From Chloroflexota bacterium (GTDB lineage Bacteria > Chloroflexota > Limnocylindria > Limnocylindrales > CSP1-4), in the NCBI GenBank assembly GCA_025935925.1, contig JAICUI010000010.1, positions 6,307 to 70,306 of the forward strand: DNA of 64,000 nucleotides, given 5' to 3'. The notes below the pieces were generated by a model. The model was not told where the DNA came from, searched no databases, and saw only the letters and a list, made by a program, of their open reading frames with translations. Positions 45,226 through 53,875 of the stretch are shown here, piece by piece (the stretch's first letter is position 1; the number at the start of each line of letters is the position of its first letter). The translations under genes and the position numbers were made by a program.

Positions 45226-45540
45226 ATGTCCGCCGCTCCCCGCACCGCCTCCACCACGCCCGACCTGCGCTCCCTCGCGCTGGCGCTCGGCGCGGTCCTC
45301 GTCGCCATCGCGCTGGTCGCCGCCGTCGCGCTGGCGCGGCCCGCCGCCACGGCGCCGTCGGCCCCGGCCGGCGCCACCACCACGCAGTTCGACCACGGCA
45401 CGAGCTCGGCCGCGTCCGAGACGCGGTCGCTGACCGTCTCCGGGTCGCGCGGCGGCGCGATCCAGTACACCGGCATCCCGTACCCGGCGACGGACCGGAA
45501 CCCGTCGCACGGTGGCCGGGGGTCCCGCTTCGCACAGTGA
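45226..45540 (+). CDS. Small membrane-anchored/secreted hypothetical protein
   Basis: AGGGAGG RBS, N-terminal hydrophobic helix, terminator downstream. Confidence 0.65.
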   Translation: MSAAPRTASTTPDLRSLALALGAVLVAIALVAAVALARPAATAPSAPAGATTTQFDHGTSSAASETRSLTVSGSRGGAIQYTGIPYPATDRNPSHGGRGSRFAQ

Positions 45541-45584
45541 CCGCGGCCCGGCCGCGATGCTGGGGTCGCGGCACCCGGGTTGCC

Positions 45585-45622
45585 GAGGGCGCCGTCCCGC
45601 GATGGGGCGGCGCCTTCGTTTG
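45585..45622 (+). terminator. Intrinsic terminator
   Basis: GAGGGCGCCGTCCC / GGGGCGGCGCCTTC stem followed by GTTTG. Confidence 0.6.
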
Positions 45623-45764
45623 TCGTCGCTCGCGCGAACACCCGATGCCCGGCCGTCGGTGCGGCGCATGGTCCTGCAACGCGCCGGGCGGGCGCGACGT
45701 GCATGAATCGTGCCACCGGCCGCGGACCCCGGCCGATCAGCGACGACCAGCGAGGGACTGCCCG

Positions 45765-46328
45765 ATGACATCGCCTGCCGGCAACCCATCCGACCCGTCG
45801 GACGCGGTGCGCCCGCTCCTGCGGACGCGTCAGATCCGCGAGTTCACCGACGAGCCGCTGAGCGACGACGTGCTGACCGCGATCGCGGACGTGGCGCGCT
45901 GGTCGGGCAGCAGCAGCAACCAGCAGCCGTGGCGGTTCATCGTGCTGACCGATGCGCCGACGATCCGGCGGCTCGGCGAGACCGGGCTGCCGCAGACGCG
46001 ATCCCTCGCGACGGCGTCGGCGGCCCTCGTGATCGTCCTGCCGGCCGCCGAGGACCGCGCGGTCCGCGACGCGTACGACGACGGCCGCGTCGCCGAGCGG
46101 GTCCTCGTCGCGGCATCGCTGCTCGACATCGGCGCCGGCATCGCCTGGATCCGTAGCGAGCACCGGCAGGCCGTGAACGAGCTGCTCGGGATCCCCGACG
46201 ACCACCTCGTCCGCACGGTCATGGCCCTCGGCCACCCCACGGACGCGGCGCGCCAGCCGAAGGCGGCGCCCGGGACGGCGCGGCTGCCGCGGGAGGAGAC
46301 GGTGTTCCGCGACCGCTGGCCGCGCTGA
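45765..46328 (+). CDS. Nitroreductase family protein
   Basis: RTRQIREFTDEP, SSSNQQPWRFIV, DDGR..GIAW, LGHP. Confidence 0.88.
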   Translation: MTSPAGNPSDPSDAVRPLLRTRQIREFTDEPLSDDVLTAIADVARWSGSSSNQQPWRFIVLTDAPTIRRLGETGLPQTRSLATASAALVIVLPAAEDRAVRDAYDDGRVAERVLVAASLLDIGAGIAWIRSEHRQAVNELLGIPDDHLVRTVMALGHPTDAARQPKAAPGTARLPREETVFRDRWPR

Positions 46329-46367
46329 GGCCGCGCGCCGCCACGCGCCCGAGCCCGGCGGCGACCC

Positions 46368-47306
46368 TCAGGGGACCTTCGTGACCTCGTCGATGTTGGG
46401 GTTGATCCCGGTCCCCTGCTTCACCCCGTGGCCATTGTTGGTGTCGTAGGTCGTGTTGTCGGTCTTCGCCTGCCCCTCGGCGGCGTCGAGCTTCGCGTCG
46501 GCGTCCTTCTGCGACAGCCCGACCATCTTCGCGTGCACCCCGGCGTAGGCCGTCTTGTCGAGCGCGACATGCCCATGCTCGTGGGTCGTGATCGCGGCGA
46601 AGAAGCGGTCCCACTCCGCCTGCTGGTTCGCGGTGGCCTTCGACTTGTCCGTCCAGTCCGGCAGCTCCATCGCCTGGTCCACCGTCACGCGGGCGGCCGT
46701 GACCTTCTCGGTGGCGCCGTCGGGCGCGAAGGTGTCGGTGTCCGAGCTGGGCGTCGTCGTCACCGAGCCCGCCTCGGTCCGCGCGGCGATCGCGTTGGCC
46801 ACGGTCCGCAGCGAGCCCGAGACGGCGTAGGTCGTGTTCGTCGGCGGACCGACCTTCGTCCAGCTCGCGCCGGGCGCCGGCGCGCCGGCGCCGAGCTGGG
46901 TCGCGCCTCCGGCGCCGGTCGAATCGCTCGAGCCCGCGGCGTCCGTACCAGGCGTGCCGGTCGCGTCTGTCGTGCCCGCGGTGCCGTTGCCACCGGAGAG
47001 CGCCTCCGGGTCCGTGGCCGCCCTCGGATCGAGCGGGTTGTCCGCCGGCTTCTCCTCATCGTCGCCCGGCGCCCGCTGCACGACGCGCGCATCGGCGATG
47101 GCGTGCGCGCCGTGCGTCACCCGGGACCCGCCGCGGTGGCGGGTGGCCGGACGCCCGAGGAGCGACGCGACCGCCGCGTTCCCCGCCGTGGTCTGGAGGC
47201 TCTCGATCGAGCGCTCGACGGCGGGCGCACGCTGCTCGTCCCGTTCGGCGGCGGCCTGCAGCGCGCGAACGGGCTGGGACTCCTCCTCGAGGTGGCGATG
47301 GCTCAT
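46368..47306 (-). CDS. Putative eCIS-type effector: LQxxAGNxAV/VQR leader + DUF922-like Zn protease
   Basis: LQTTAGNAAVASLL (aa 37-50), VVQR (aa 75-78), Gly/Thr linker, LPDW..WDRF..HEHGH..YD..HGVKQG. Confidence 0.7.
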   Translation of the reverse strand: MSHRHLEEESQPVRALQAAAERDEQRAPAVERSIESLQTTAGNAAVASLLGRPATRHRGGSRVTHGAHAIADARVVQRAPGDDEEKPADNPLDPRAATDPEALSGGNGTAGTTDATGTPGTDAAGSSDSTGAGGATQLGAGAPAPGASWTKVGPPTNTTYAVSGSLRTVANAIAARTEAGSVTTTPSSDTDTFAPDGATEKVTAARVTVDQAMELPDWTDKSKATANQQAEWDRFFAAITTHEHGHVALDKTAYAGVHAKMVGLSQKDADAKLDAAEGQAKTDNTTYDTNNGHGVKQGTGINPNIDEVTKVP

Positions 47307-47397
47307 GCCCCGGCGATTGTCCGGCTCCGGCCACGACGCGAACAGCGACGCGCGGGCAGCGTGGCCCGCCCGATCGGGCACGCACCCGGGTCGAGGA

Positions 47398-47820
47398 TCA
47401 GGCGGCGTCGTCGGGATCGAGCGTGAGCGCCGCCGAGTTCATGCAGTACCGGAGGCCCGTCGGCCGCGGCCCGTCGTCGAAGACGTGGCCGAGGTGGCCA
47501 CCGCAGCTCGCGCACATCGCCTCGGTCCGCGTCATCCAGAAGGACCGGTCCGTCTCCGTGGCGACGGCGCCGTCGTCGACCGGGGCGAAGAAGCTCGGCC
47601 AGCCCGTGCCCGACTCGAACTTCGTGTCCGAGCGGAAGAGCTCGGCGCCGCAGCCCGCACAGTGATACGTGCCTGACCGGTGCTCGTCCCAGAGCGCGCC
47701 CGTGAAGGCGCGCTCGGTGCCCTTCTCGCGGAGGACGTGGTACTGCTCGGGCGTCAGGGCGGCCCGCCACTCGGCGTCGGACTTCCGGGCACTGGCGGTT
47801 GGCGTTCGGTTCGTCGTCAT
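47398..47820 (-). CDS. msrB: Peptide methionine sulfoxide reductase B
   Basis: [36 protein letters not shown]. Confidence 0.96.
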   Translation of the reverse strand: MTTNRTPTASARKSDAEWRAALTPEQYHVLREKGTERAFTGALWDEHRSGTYHCAGCGAELFRSDTKFESGTGWPSFFAPVDDGAVATETDRSFWMTRTEAMCASCGGHLGHVFDDGPRPTGLRYCMNSAALTLDPDDAA

Positions 47821-47851
47821 GGCCTCATCCTGCCACCGCACCGTGACGACC

Positions 47852-48385
47852 TCATGACGTTGGCTCCCGCTCGACCATCGCGGCGAGCTCGCGGAACCAG
47901 CGCAGCCGCTCCGCGTACGGGACCGCGGCGTTCGCGGGCGACGTCGACGGCAGGACGAAGAGCGGCGTCGCCTCGAGCCGGTTCCCCTGGAGGCCGAGCG
48001 CCGGGCGAGCGCCGAAGGTGCCGCGGTACGCCTCCTTGCCGACGAAGGCGATCACGCGCGGCCGCAGCGTCCGCGCGAGCACCGTGAGCCGGTCGGCGGC
48101 CCCGCTGAAGTCCGCGCCGCGGAGGTCGCCCGAGCCCGGCGTCGTGCGGAGCGCGGCGTTGGTGATGCCGATGCCGAACCCGAGGGCGTCGTGCTGACGA
48201 GCCGGGCCGAGGAGCTCGGGCGTGAGGCCGCTCTCGTGGACGAGCCGCCAGAAGTCGTTCCGCGGGTTCGCGAAGTGGGCGTGCGCCGCCGCCGACCGGC
48301 GGCCGGGATTGATGCCGACGAACAGGACGCGGAGGCCCGGCGCGAGGATGTCCGGGACGTCCGAGATGTTCGGCTCGGTGGCCAC
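47852..48385 (-). CDS. mug: Mismatch-specific uracil/thymine DNA glycosylase
   Basis: [28 protein letters not shown]. Confidence 0.92.
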   Translation of the reverse strand: MATEPNISDVPDILAPGLRVLFVGINPGRRSAAAHAHFANPRNDFWRLVHESGLTPELLGPARQHDALGFGIGITNAALRTTPGSGDLRGADFSGAADRLTVLARTLRPRVIAFVGKEAYRGTFGARPALGLQGNRLEATPLFVLPSTSPANAAVPYAERLRWFRELAAMVEREPTS

Positions 48386-48387
48386 GG

Positions 48388-49035
48388 CTACCCGGCCCGG
48401 TGCTCCCTGGCGCGACGCATCGCCGCCGAGACCCCGTGCTCACCCTCGGCGTCGAGACCGGCGATGACGCCGTCCACGTCCTCGACGGACCGGTTCTGGT
48501 TGAGCTTCGCCTTCGTCTCCAGCCGGTCGATCAGCAGCTCGACGCCGACGATCGCCCGCAGCTGCCCCGCGATGTACGCCGGCGGCGCATCGTCGACGGC
48601 CCACGGGTGCGCGCGCGGGCCCTCGTGCAGCGTCACCAGGCGGCGCACGTTCGCGTCGAGCCACTCCGGGTCCTCGTGGATCAGGAGCCGGCCGTACGCG
48701 TGGGCGACCACGTAATTCCACGTCGGCACGACCCGCCCGTGCTCGCGCTTCGTGGCGTACCACGACGGCGTGATGTAGGCATCGGGCCCGCGGACGATCG
48801 CGAGCGCCTCGCCGATGGCGGGCTCCCGCCACTGGTCGTTGCGGATCGCCACGTGGCCGACGAGCGCACCGTGCTCGCCGAGACCCGCCCGGGATCCCGG
48901 CTCGTCCCAGGCCATCGGCAGCATCGTCGCGAGGATGCCCCTCGCCGTGACGGTCACGAGGTCGACCGCGCCGGGATGGCGCAGGAGCTCGCGAATCTCG
49001 TCGTCGGTCGGCCGGAAGTGCTCGGGAACGTACAT
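48388..49035 (-). CDS. PaiB-like FMN-binding negative transcriptional regulator family protein
   Basis: MYVPEHF, GHVA..N.QW, GPDAYITPSWY, VPTWNY..HAYG, KLNQN. Confidence 0.9.
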   Translation of the reverse strand: MYVPEHFRPTDDEIRELLRHPGAVDLVTVTARGILATMLPMAWDEPGSRAGLGEHGALVGHVAIRNDQWREPAIGEALAIVRGPDAYITPSWYATKREHGRVVPTWNYVVAHAYGRLLIHEDPEWLDANVRRLVTLHEGPRAHPWAVDDAPPAYIAGQLRAIVGVELLIDRLETKAKLNQNRSVEDVDGVIAGLDAEGEHGVSAAMRRAREHRAG

Positions 49036-49058
49036 CGATCGCCGCGCCGCGTCCCGCG

Positions 49059-49190
49059 TCACGCGCCGGGCGGGATGACGTACCGCAGGTGCGCGATGCC
49101 GCCGTCACCCATGCCGTTGCCGACCGCGACGTTCGGCCCCGCGATGTAGCCGTCGAGCGTGCCGGACAGGTCGGCGCAGATCAGTCCCAC
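49059..49190 (-). pseudogene. Internally deleted RibD-C/dihydrofolate-reductase-like remnant (43 codons)
   Basis: Family N-terminus ADLSGTLDGYIAGPN..GMGDGG joined directly to the family C-terminus HLRYV. Confidence 0.6.
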
Positions 49191-49329
49191 GCGGTCATGG
49201 TGCCGGTCGGCGGCGGCTTCGACAACCGGGCGGGCGCCACCGGCCGCGGTGCAACGCGCCGATCTCGCGACCGACCGATACTCGGGCGCCGCGGTGTCGT
49301 CGCGGCGGCGAGCAACGGAGGCCGAAGCC

Positions 49330-49740
49330 ATGGGTCATGTCGTCACGACCGCCATCCCGGGTGTCCACGAGCCGGTCGGCTATCGCCACGTCGCGCGGGT
49401 GGGAACCACGCTGTATGTCGCCGGCCAGGTCGCGCGGGCGGTCGACGGGTCGCTCGTCGGCGCCGCGGACTTCGGCGCCCAGGCGAGGCAGGTGTTCGCG
49501 AACCTCCAGGCCGTGCTGGCATCGCAGGGCGCCGCGCTGGCCGACGTCGTGAAGTCGACCGTGTACCTGACCGACGCCCGGCACATCCCCGCCTTCCGCG
49601 AGGTCCGCAACAGCGTCCTCGGCGACGTGCTGCCGCCGAGCACCATGGTCGTCGTGCAGGGTCTCGCGCTCCCGGAGCTGCTGATCGAGATCGAGGTGAT
49701 CGCCATCGTCCCGACGGAGGACGGCGGCACGGGGGCCTGA
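49330..49740 (+). CDS. RidA/Rid family protein
   Basis: LYVAGQ, QARQVFANL, DVVK..YLTD, conserved Arg (EVRN), PPST, LIEIE. Confidence 0.9.
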   Translation: MGHVVTTAIPGVHEPVGYRHVARVGTTLYVAGQVARAVDGSLVGAADFGAQARQVFANLQAVLASQGAALADVVKSTVYLTDARHIPAFREVRNSVLGDVLPPSTMVVVQGLALPELLIEIEVIAIVPTEDGGTGA

Positions 49741-49791
49741 CGGGGAGCGACGGTCACCGGGGCCGCTTCGCGGACCTGCCACACTCCCGCC

Positions 49792-50997
49792 ATGCCGACG
49801 GACCCTCGCACCGCGCCACGCCTGTACCGCGACGGAGCCCTGGCGGACGGCCGCTCGGAACGGCTGCGGACAGGCGTCTCGGTCCTCGCCGAGGGCGGGC
49901 GCGTCGCGTGGATCCGGCCGTCCGACGACGAGGGCCCGCTGCCGCCCGAGACGGAGGTCGTCGATGCGAGCGGCTCGACGATCGTCCCGGGCATGGTGGA
50001 CGCCCACAGCCACCTCACGATGCCGGGCGGCGCGCACTGGATCGACCGGGCCCGCGACTCGACCGAGACGCTGCTGGGCGTCGCCGAGGCGAACGCGCGG
50101 CTGCTGACCGGGGCGGGCGTGCGCTGGGCACGCGACGTCGGCTCGGCCCGGCGGGTCGATCCGGACGGCGGGCCGGAGCGGGCGCTCGCGATCGCCGTGC
50201 GCGAGCGGTGGCGCGGTCGGCGCGGCTACCCGCAGGTCCGAGCCGCGGGCACGTGGATCATGGCGGCCGGGACGCTCCCAGGGCTCTCCGTCGAGGCCGC
50301 GAACGCCGACGAGCTCGTCGCGGCGGCGGTGGGCCAGCTCGACGACGGCGCCGACCTCGTCAAGCTCTATCTCGACGGCCCCGAGAAGGGCGTCTGCCCG
50401 TGGACCGCGGCGGAGCTCCGACGCGTGGTCGACGCGGTGCACGCCCGGGACGCGCGGGTCACGGCGCACTCCGGCGAGTACGGCGGCGCGCGGGCCGGCG
50501 CCGAGGCAGGTGTGGACGCGCTCGAGCACGGCTTCGAGCTGGACGACGAGACGGCGCGGCTGATGGCCGCCAACGGCGTCCGGCTCGTGTCGACGCTGTG
50601 CGTGCTCGCGTCGTGGACGACGTTCGCCGCGACGACGACGATGCCGCGCTTCGCGGCGGACGAGGGCCGGGCCCGCGTCGCGACGCGTCGCGAGGCGGCG
50701 CTCGCGTCCGTTGCGGCCGCCCATCGGGCAGGCGTGGCCATCGCGACCGGCACGGACTTCGGCGGCGGCTCCACGCGCGCGAACCAGCTCGCGTGGGAGG
50801 TGGAGCAGCTGGTCGCGGCGGGCTTGGCGCCCTGGGAGGCGCTCGGAGCGGCGACGTGGCGGGGCGGCGAGCTGCTCGGCGAGCCGGATGCGGGCGTCCT
50901 CCGCGAGGGCGGGCCCGCGGACCTCGCGCTCGTGCACGGCGACCCGCTGACCGATCCGACCGCGCTGTGGCGCGTATGGCACGCGTCCTGGGCGTGA
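49792..50997 (+). CDS. Metal-dependent amidohydrolase (prolidase-like)
   Basis: PGMVDAHSH, GADLVK, AH, EHG, GTD, ADL..GDPL.D. Confidence 0.9.
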   Translation: MPTDPRTAPRLYRDGALADGRSERLRTGVSVLAEGGRVAWIRPSDDEGPLPPETEVVDASGSTIVPGMVDAHSHLTMPGGAHWIDRARDSTETLLGVAEANARLLTGAGVRWARDVGSARRVDPDGGPERALAIAVRERWRGRRGYPQVRAAGTWIMAAGTLPGLSVEAANADELVAAAVGQLDDGADLVKLYLDGPEKGVCPWTAAELRRVVDAVHARDARVTAHSGEYGGARAGAEAGVDALEHGFELDDETARLMAANGVRLVSTLCVLASWTTFAATTTMPRFAADEGRARVATRREAALASVAAAHRAGVAIATGTDFGGGSTRANQLAWEVEQLVAAGLAPWEALGAATWRGGELLGEPDAGVLREGGPADLALVHGDPLTDPTALWRVWHASWA

Positions 50998-51032
50998 CGG
51001 CCCCGTCCGGCCCGACGCGGTTCAGCGACCGA

Positions 51033-51419
51033 TCATCGATCCCCGCCGAGGCGGAGCCGCTCGAGCTCCCGCCGCAGGCGCTTGCTCGGCCGGCCTTCGC
51101 CGCGGACCGCCATGATCCCTGGGCGCACCTCGGTGACGACCGCCGGCGGGGTGTGGTCGACGTAGCACGTCACGGCCACCGGGGCTCCGACGCGCGACTC
51201 GATCGGGCGCACGACCTCCAGCACCCGTTCCCGGTCCGCGATTCGCGCCTCGACCCGGTCGCCCGGGCGAACCCTGGTCGACGGCTTCGCCGGCGATCCG
51301 TTCACCCGGACGTGGCCGCCGTCGCACAGCTCGGTCGCGAGCGGCCGCGTCTTCACGAGGCGCACCGCGCACAGCCAGCGATCGATGCGCGTCTCGACGG
51401 GAGTGCCGGGGTCCGCCAT
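51033..51419 (-). CDS. S4-domain RNA-binding protein (Hsp15-like)
   Basis: RIDRWLCAVRLVKTR..GHVRVNG..KPS, C-terminal GRPSKRLRR. Confidence 0.9.
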   Translation of the reverse strand: MADPGTPVETRIDRWLCAVRLVKTRPLATELCDGGHVRVNGSPAKPSTRVRPGDRVEARIADRERVLEVVRPIESRVGAPVAVTCYVDHTPPAVVTEVRPGIMAVRGEGRPSKRLRRELERLRLGGDR

Positions 51420-51461
51420 GCGGTCAAGGATCGCACGGGCGGACGCCCGGCCCGTTCCGGC

Positions 51462-51983
51462 TCAGCGAGGTTCGTCACCGAGCGTCGCGACCAGCTCGTC
51501 GAGCTGCGCCAGCGACTCCGGCATCGCGTCCATGCCCGACGCGCCCGAGGCGATCGCCGCGTCGAGCGCCTCCTTCGTGGGATACAGCTCGTGCACCGCG
51601 ACCTTCGTCGCGCCGTCCGCCTCCTCGAAGGTCACCGTGGTGACCGGGCCGCCGTCGTCCCCCTCCTCGTTGGTCCAGGACAGGCGCGATGGCCGCGTGA
51701 CCTCGAGGTAGCGGCCGAAGAACTCGAAGGTCGAGCCCTCGTGGCCGAACACCAGCTTGTAGCGCCCGCCGACGCGAGGATCGGTCTCGCACGACCGCAG
51801 GGTGATCGGGAACGACGCCGGCGTCCACCAGCGCTTCAGCAGCTCGGCGTTGGTCCACGCGTCGAACACGATCCGCGCGGGACCGTTGATCGTCCGCGTG
51901 ACGACCAGCTCGCGCTCGGATGCGCGCTCCACGGTCGCGCCGCCGTTCGCGCTGGTGGGCTCAGTCACGGTCGTGGTGTCCAT
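51462..51983 (-). CDS. SRPBCC (AHA1-like) family protein
   Basis: ERELVVTRT..VFDAWT..LKRWW, DPRVGG, F.G.YLEV..P.RL. Confidence 0.9.
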   Translation of the reverse strand: MDTTTVTEPTSANGGATVERASERELVVTRTINGPARIVFDAWTNAELLKRWWTPASFPITLRSCETDPRVGGRYKLVFGHEGSTFEFFGRYLEVTRPSRLSWTNEEGDDGGPVTTVTFEEADGATKVAVHELYPTKEALDAAIASGASGMDAMPESLAQLDELVATLGDEPR

Positions 51984-52326
51984 GGACCATCTCCTGTTGC
52001 TTGAGGTCAGCGACGACCTTGTCGAGCTCGTCGAACCGGGCGTCCCAGAGCTCGCGGTACTGCTCGATCCACGCCGTCTCGTCGTCGAGCCGGCGCGGAC
52101 CGAGGCGGCAGGTGCGCACGCGCCCGACCTTCTCGGTCGTCACGAGCCTCGCCTGTTCGAGGACGCCGACGTGCTTGCGCATGCCCGTCAGGGTCATGTG
52201 GAACGCCTGCGCCAGGTCCGTGATCGAAGCGTCGGCACGGCCGAGCTGCTCGAGGACGCCACGCCGGGTGGCGTCCGAGAGGGCAGCGAAGGAGGCATCC
52301 AGCTGTCCGCCCGAATACTGAACCAT
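51961..52326 (-). CDS. ArsR/SmtB family transcriptional regulator
   Basis: FAALSDATRRGVLEQL, MTLTGMRKHVGVLE, GRVRTC. Confidence 0.9.
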   Translation of the reverse strand: MVQYSGGQLDASFAALSDATRRGVLEQLGRADASITDLAQAFHMTLTGMRKHVGVLEQARLVTTEKVGRVRTCRLGPRRLDDETAWIEQYRELWDARFDELDKVVADLKQQEMVHGHHDRD

Positions 52327-52338
52327 GTAGTTCAGTAT
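52315..52338. promoter_or_regulatory. ArsR autoregulatory operator straddling its start codon
   Basis: Perfect 9-6-9 inverted repeat ATACTGAAC-catgta-GTTCAGTAT. Confidence 0.75.
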
Positions 52339-52372
52339 CACCCATCGGACCTCACGCTGCAAGCGGGTTCGG

Positions 52373-53695
52373 TCACGCGGCGACCGACGACGCCGGTGTC
52401 CCCGGGTCGGCGTGCTCGTCGACGTCGCGCCGCCGCTCGTCGACCGGACGCAGCAGAAGCGCCCCGGCGAGGAACCAGGCGGGCGCGAGGAGGAACGCGA
52501 CGCGCGGGCCGAGGTCCGGCGATCCGGACCGGCTGAAGGCGTCGATGACCAGGCCGCCGACGAAGGCGGCGACGACGGCGTTGGTGGCCGTGGCGATGTT
52601 CGCGATGCCCATGTACCGGCCCGCCGACGCCTGCGGGATCGTGTCGGTCAGCAGCGCCCAGTCGACGGCGAGGAAGCTGCCGCCGCCGATGCCGACGAGG
52701 ATCGCCCCGGCGGCGAGCAGCAGCGGGCCCGGGGCGAGCGCCGCGATGGCCATGCCGAGCGCGCTCATGGCCGCTGCCGCATAGATCACGCGCTTGCGCC
52801 CGACCCGCTGCGACAGCCGGGCAGCGGGGATCGTCGCCCCGGCCGTGCAGATGACGGCGACCACGGTCGTGCCGAGAATCCACGCGGCGCGGACATCGGG
52901 GTCGGTCATGCCCAGCGCCCGCTCGAGGTACGGCACCTGGAGCACGAGCAGGAACGCGCTGCCGCCGAGGATGAAGAAGCGCGACGCCACGAGGAACAGG
53001 AAGCTCCGCTCGCGCAGGACGTCGCGGCCCCACGCCTCGGCGGCGATCGACCGCCAGCTGCGTCCGCGGCGAGGCTTCGCGCGACGACCTTCGTCGAGCC
53101 GGAACAAGAGGATGCCCATCGTGGCGAGGTGGACGACGGCGAGGCCGATCGTCGGCCACACGAAGTCGCCCGTCGCCACGCCGATCGTCGCGAGCGCGGT
53201 GCCGGTGACGACGCCGAGCACCGTGAACAGGCCGATCATCCCGCTCGCGAGGCCGACCTGCGGAGCGGCCACGAGGTCCGGGACGTAGCCCTGGAACGGG
53301 CCCTGGGCGAGGTTCGAGCTGAACTGGAGGAGGGTGACGAACGCGGCCACCGCGAGCACCGTGTTCGATGTCGCGAGAGCCACGAGGAACGCGAGGTCGA
53401 GCAGCGTGCCCACGACGATGTACGGCTTTCGCCGCCCGAACCGGCTGACCGTGTAGTCGCTGATCGTGCCGACCGTGGGCTGGACGACGACCGCGATCGC
53501 GACGCCCGCGACCTGGAGGAGACCGAGCGTCGTGTACTGGACGCTGGCGTCCGGGACGAGGACCTTGATCCGTTCCTGGAGGATGATGCCGACGCCCTGG
53601 ACGATGGCGACGAGCCCGAGCCAGTAGACGGACAGCCGGACGAGGTGGGTGACCGGGAGCAGCTTGGTCGGTCGGCCGGCGTCCGAGCGATCCAT
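52373..53695 (-). CDS. MFS transporter
   Basis: GTISD..SRFGRRKP motif A, about 12 TMs, second-half SQRVGRK. Confidence 0.9.
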   Translation of the reverse strand: MDRSDAGRPTKLLPVTHLVRLSVYWLGLVAIVQGVGIILQERIKVLVPDASVQYTTLGLLQVAGVAIAVVVQPTVGTISDYTVSRFGRRKPYIVVGTLLDLAFLVALATSNTVLAVAAFVTLLQFSSNLAQGPFQGYVPDLVAAPQVGLASGMIGLFTVLGVVTGTALATIGVATGDFVWPTIGLAVVHLATMGILLFRLDEGRRAKPRRGRSWRSIAAEAWGRDVLRERSFLFLVASRFFILGGSAFLLVLQVPYLERALGMTDPDVRAAWILGTTVVAVICTAGATIPAARLSQRVGRKRVIYAAAAMSALGMAIAALAPGPLLLAAGAILVGIGGGSFLAVDWALLTDTIPQASAGRYMGIANIATATNAVVAAFVGGLVIDAFSRSGSPDLGPRVAFLLAPAWFLAGALLLRPVDERRRDVDEHADPGTPASSVAA

Positions 53696-53875
53696 CACGC
53701 GACGATGGACGCGAGCCGACGGAACGGCGCCTCGCCCGACATGCCGCGATTGTAGGAATTCGCGGCGTGCGACTCGGTCGTTGCCGCTCCACCATCGGCT
53801 TCCCCCTTTACAGCCGCGCGCCGGCGTCTACAGTTGCCGCTCCGGGGCCAGGACGTGAGGGTGGGGTCGTTCGAC

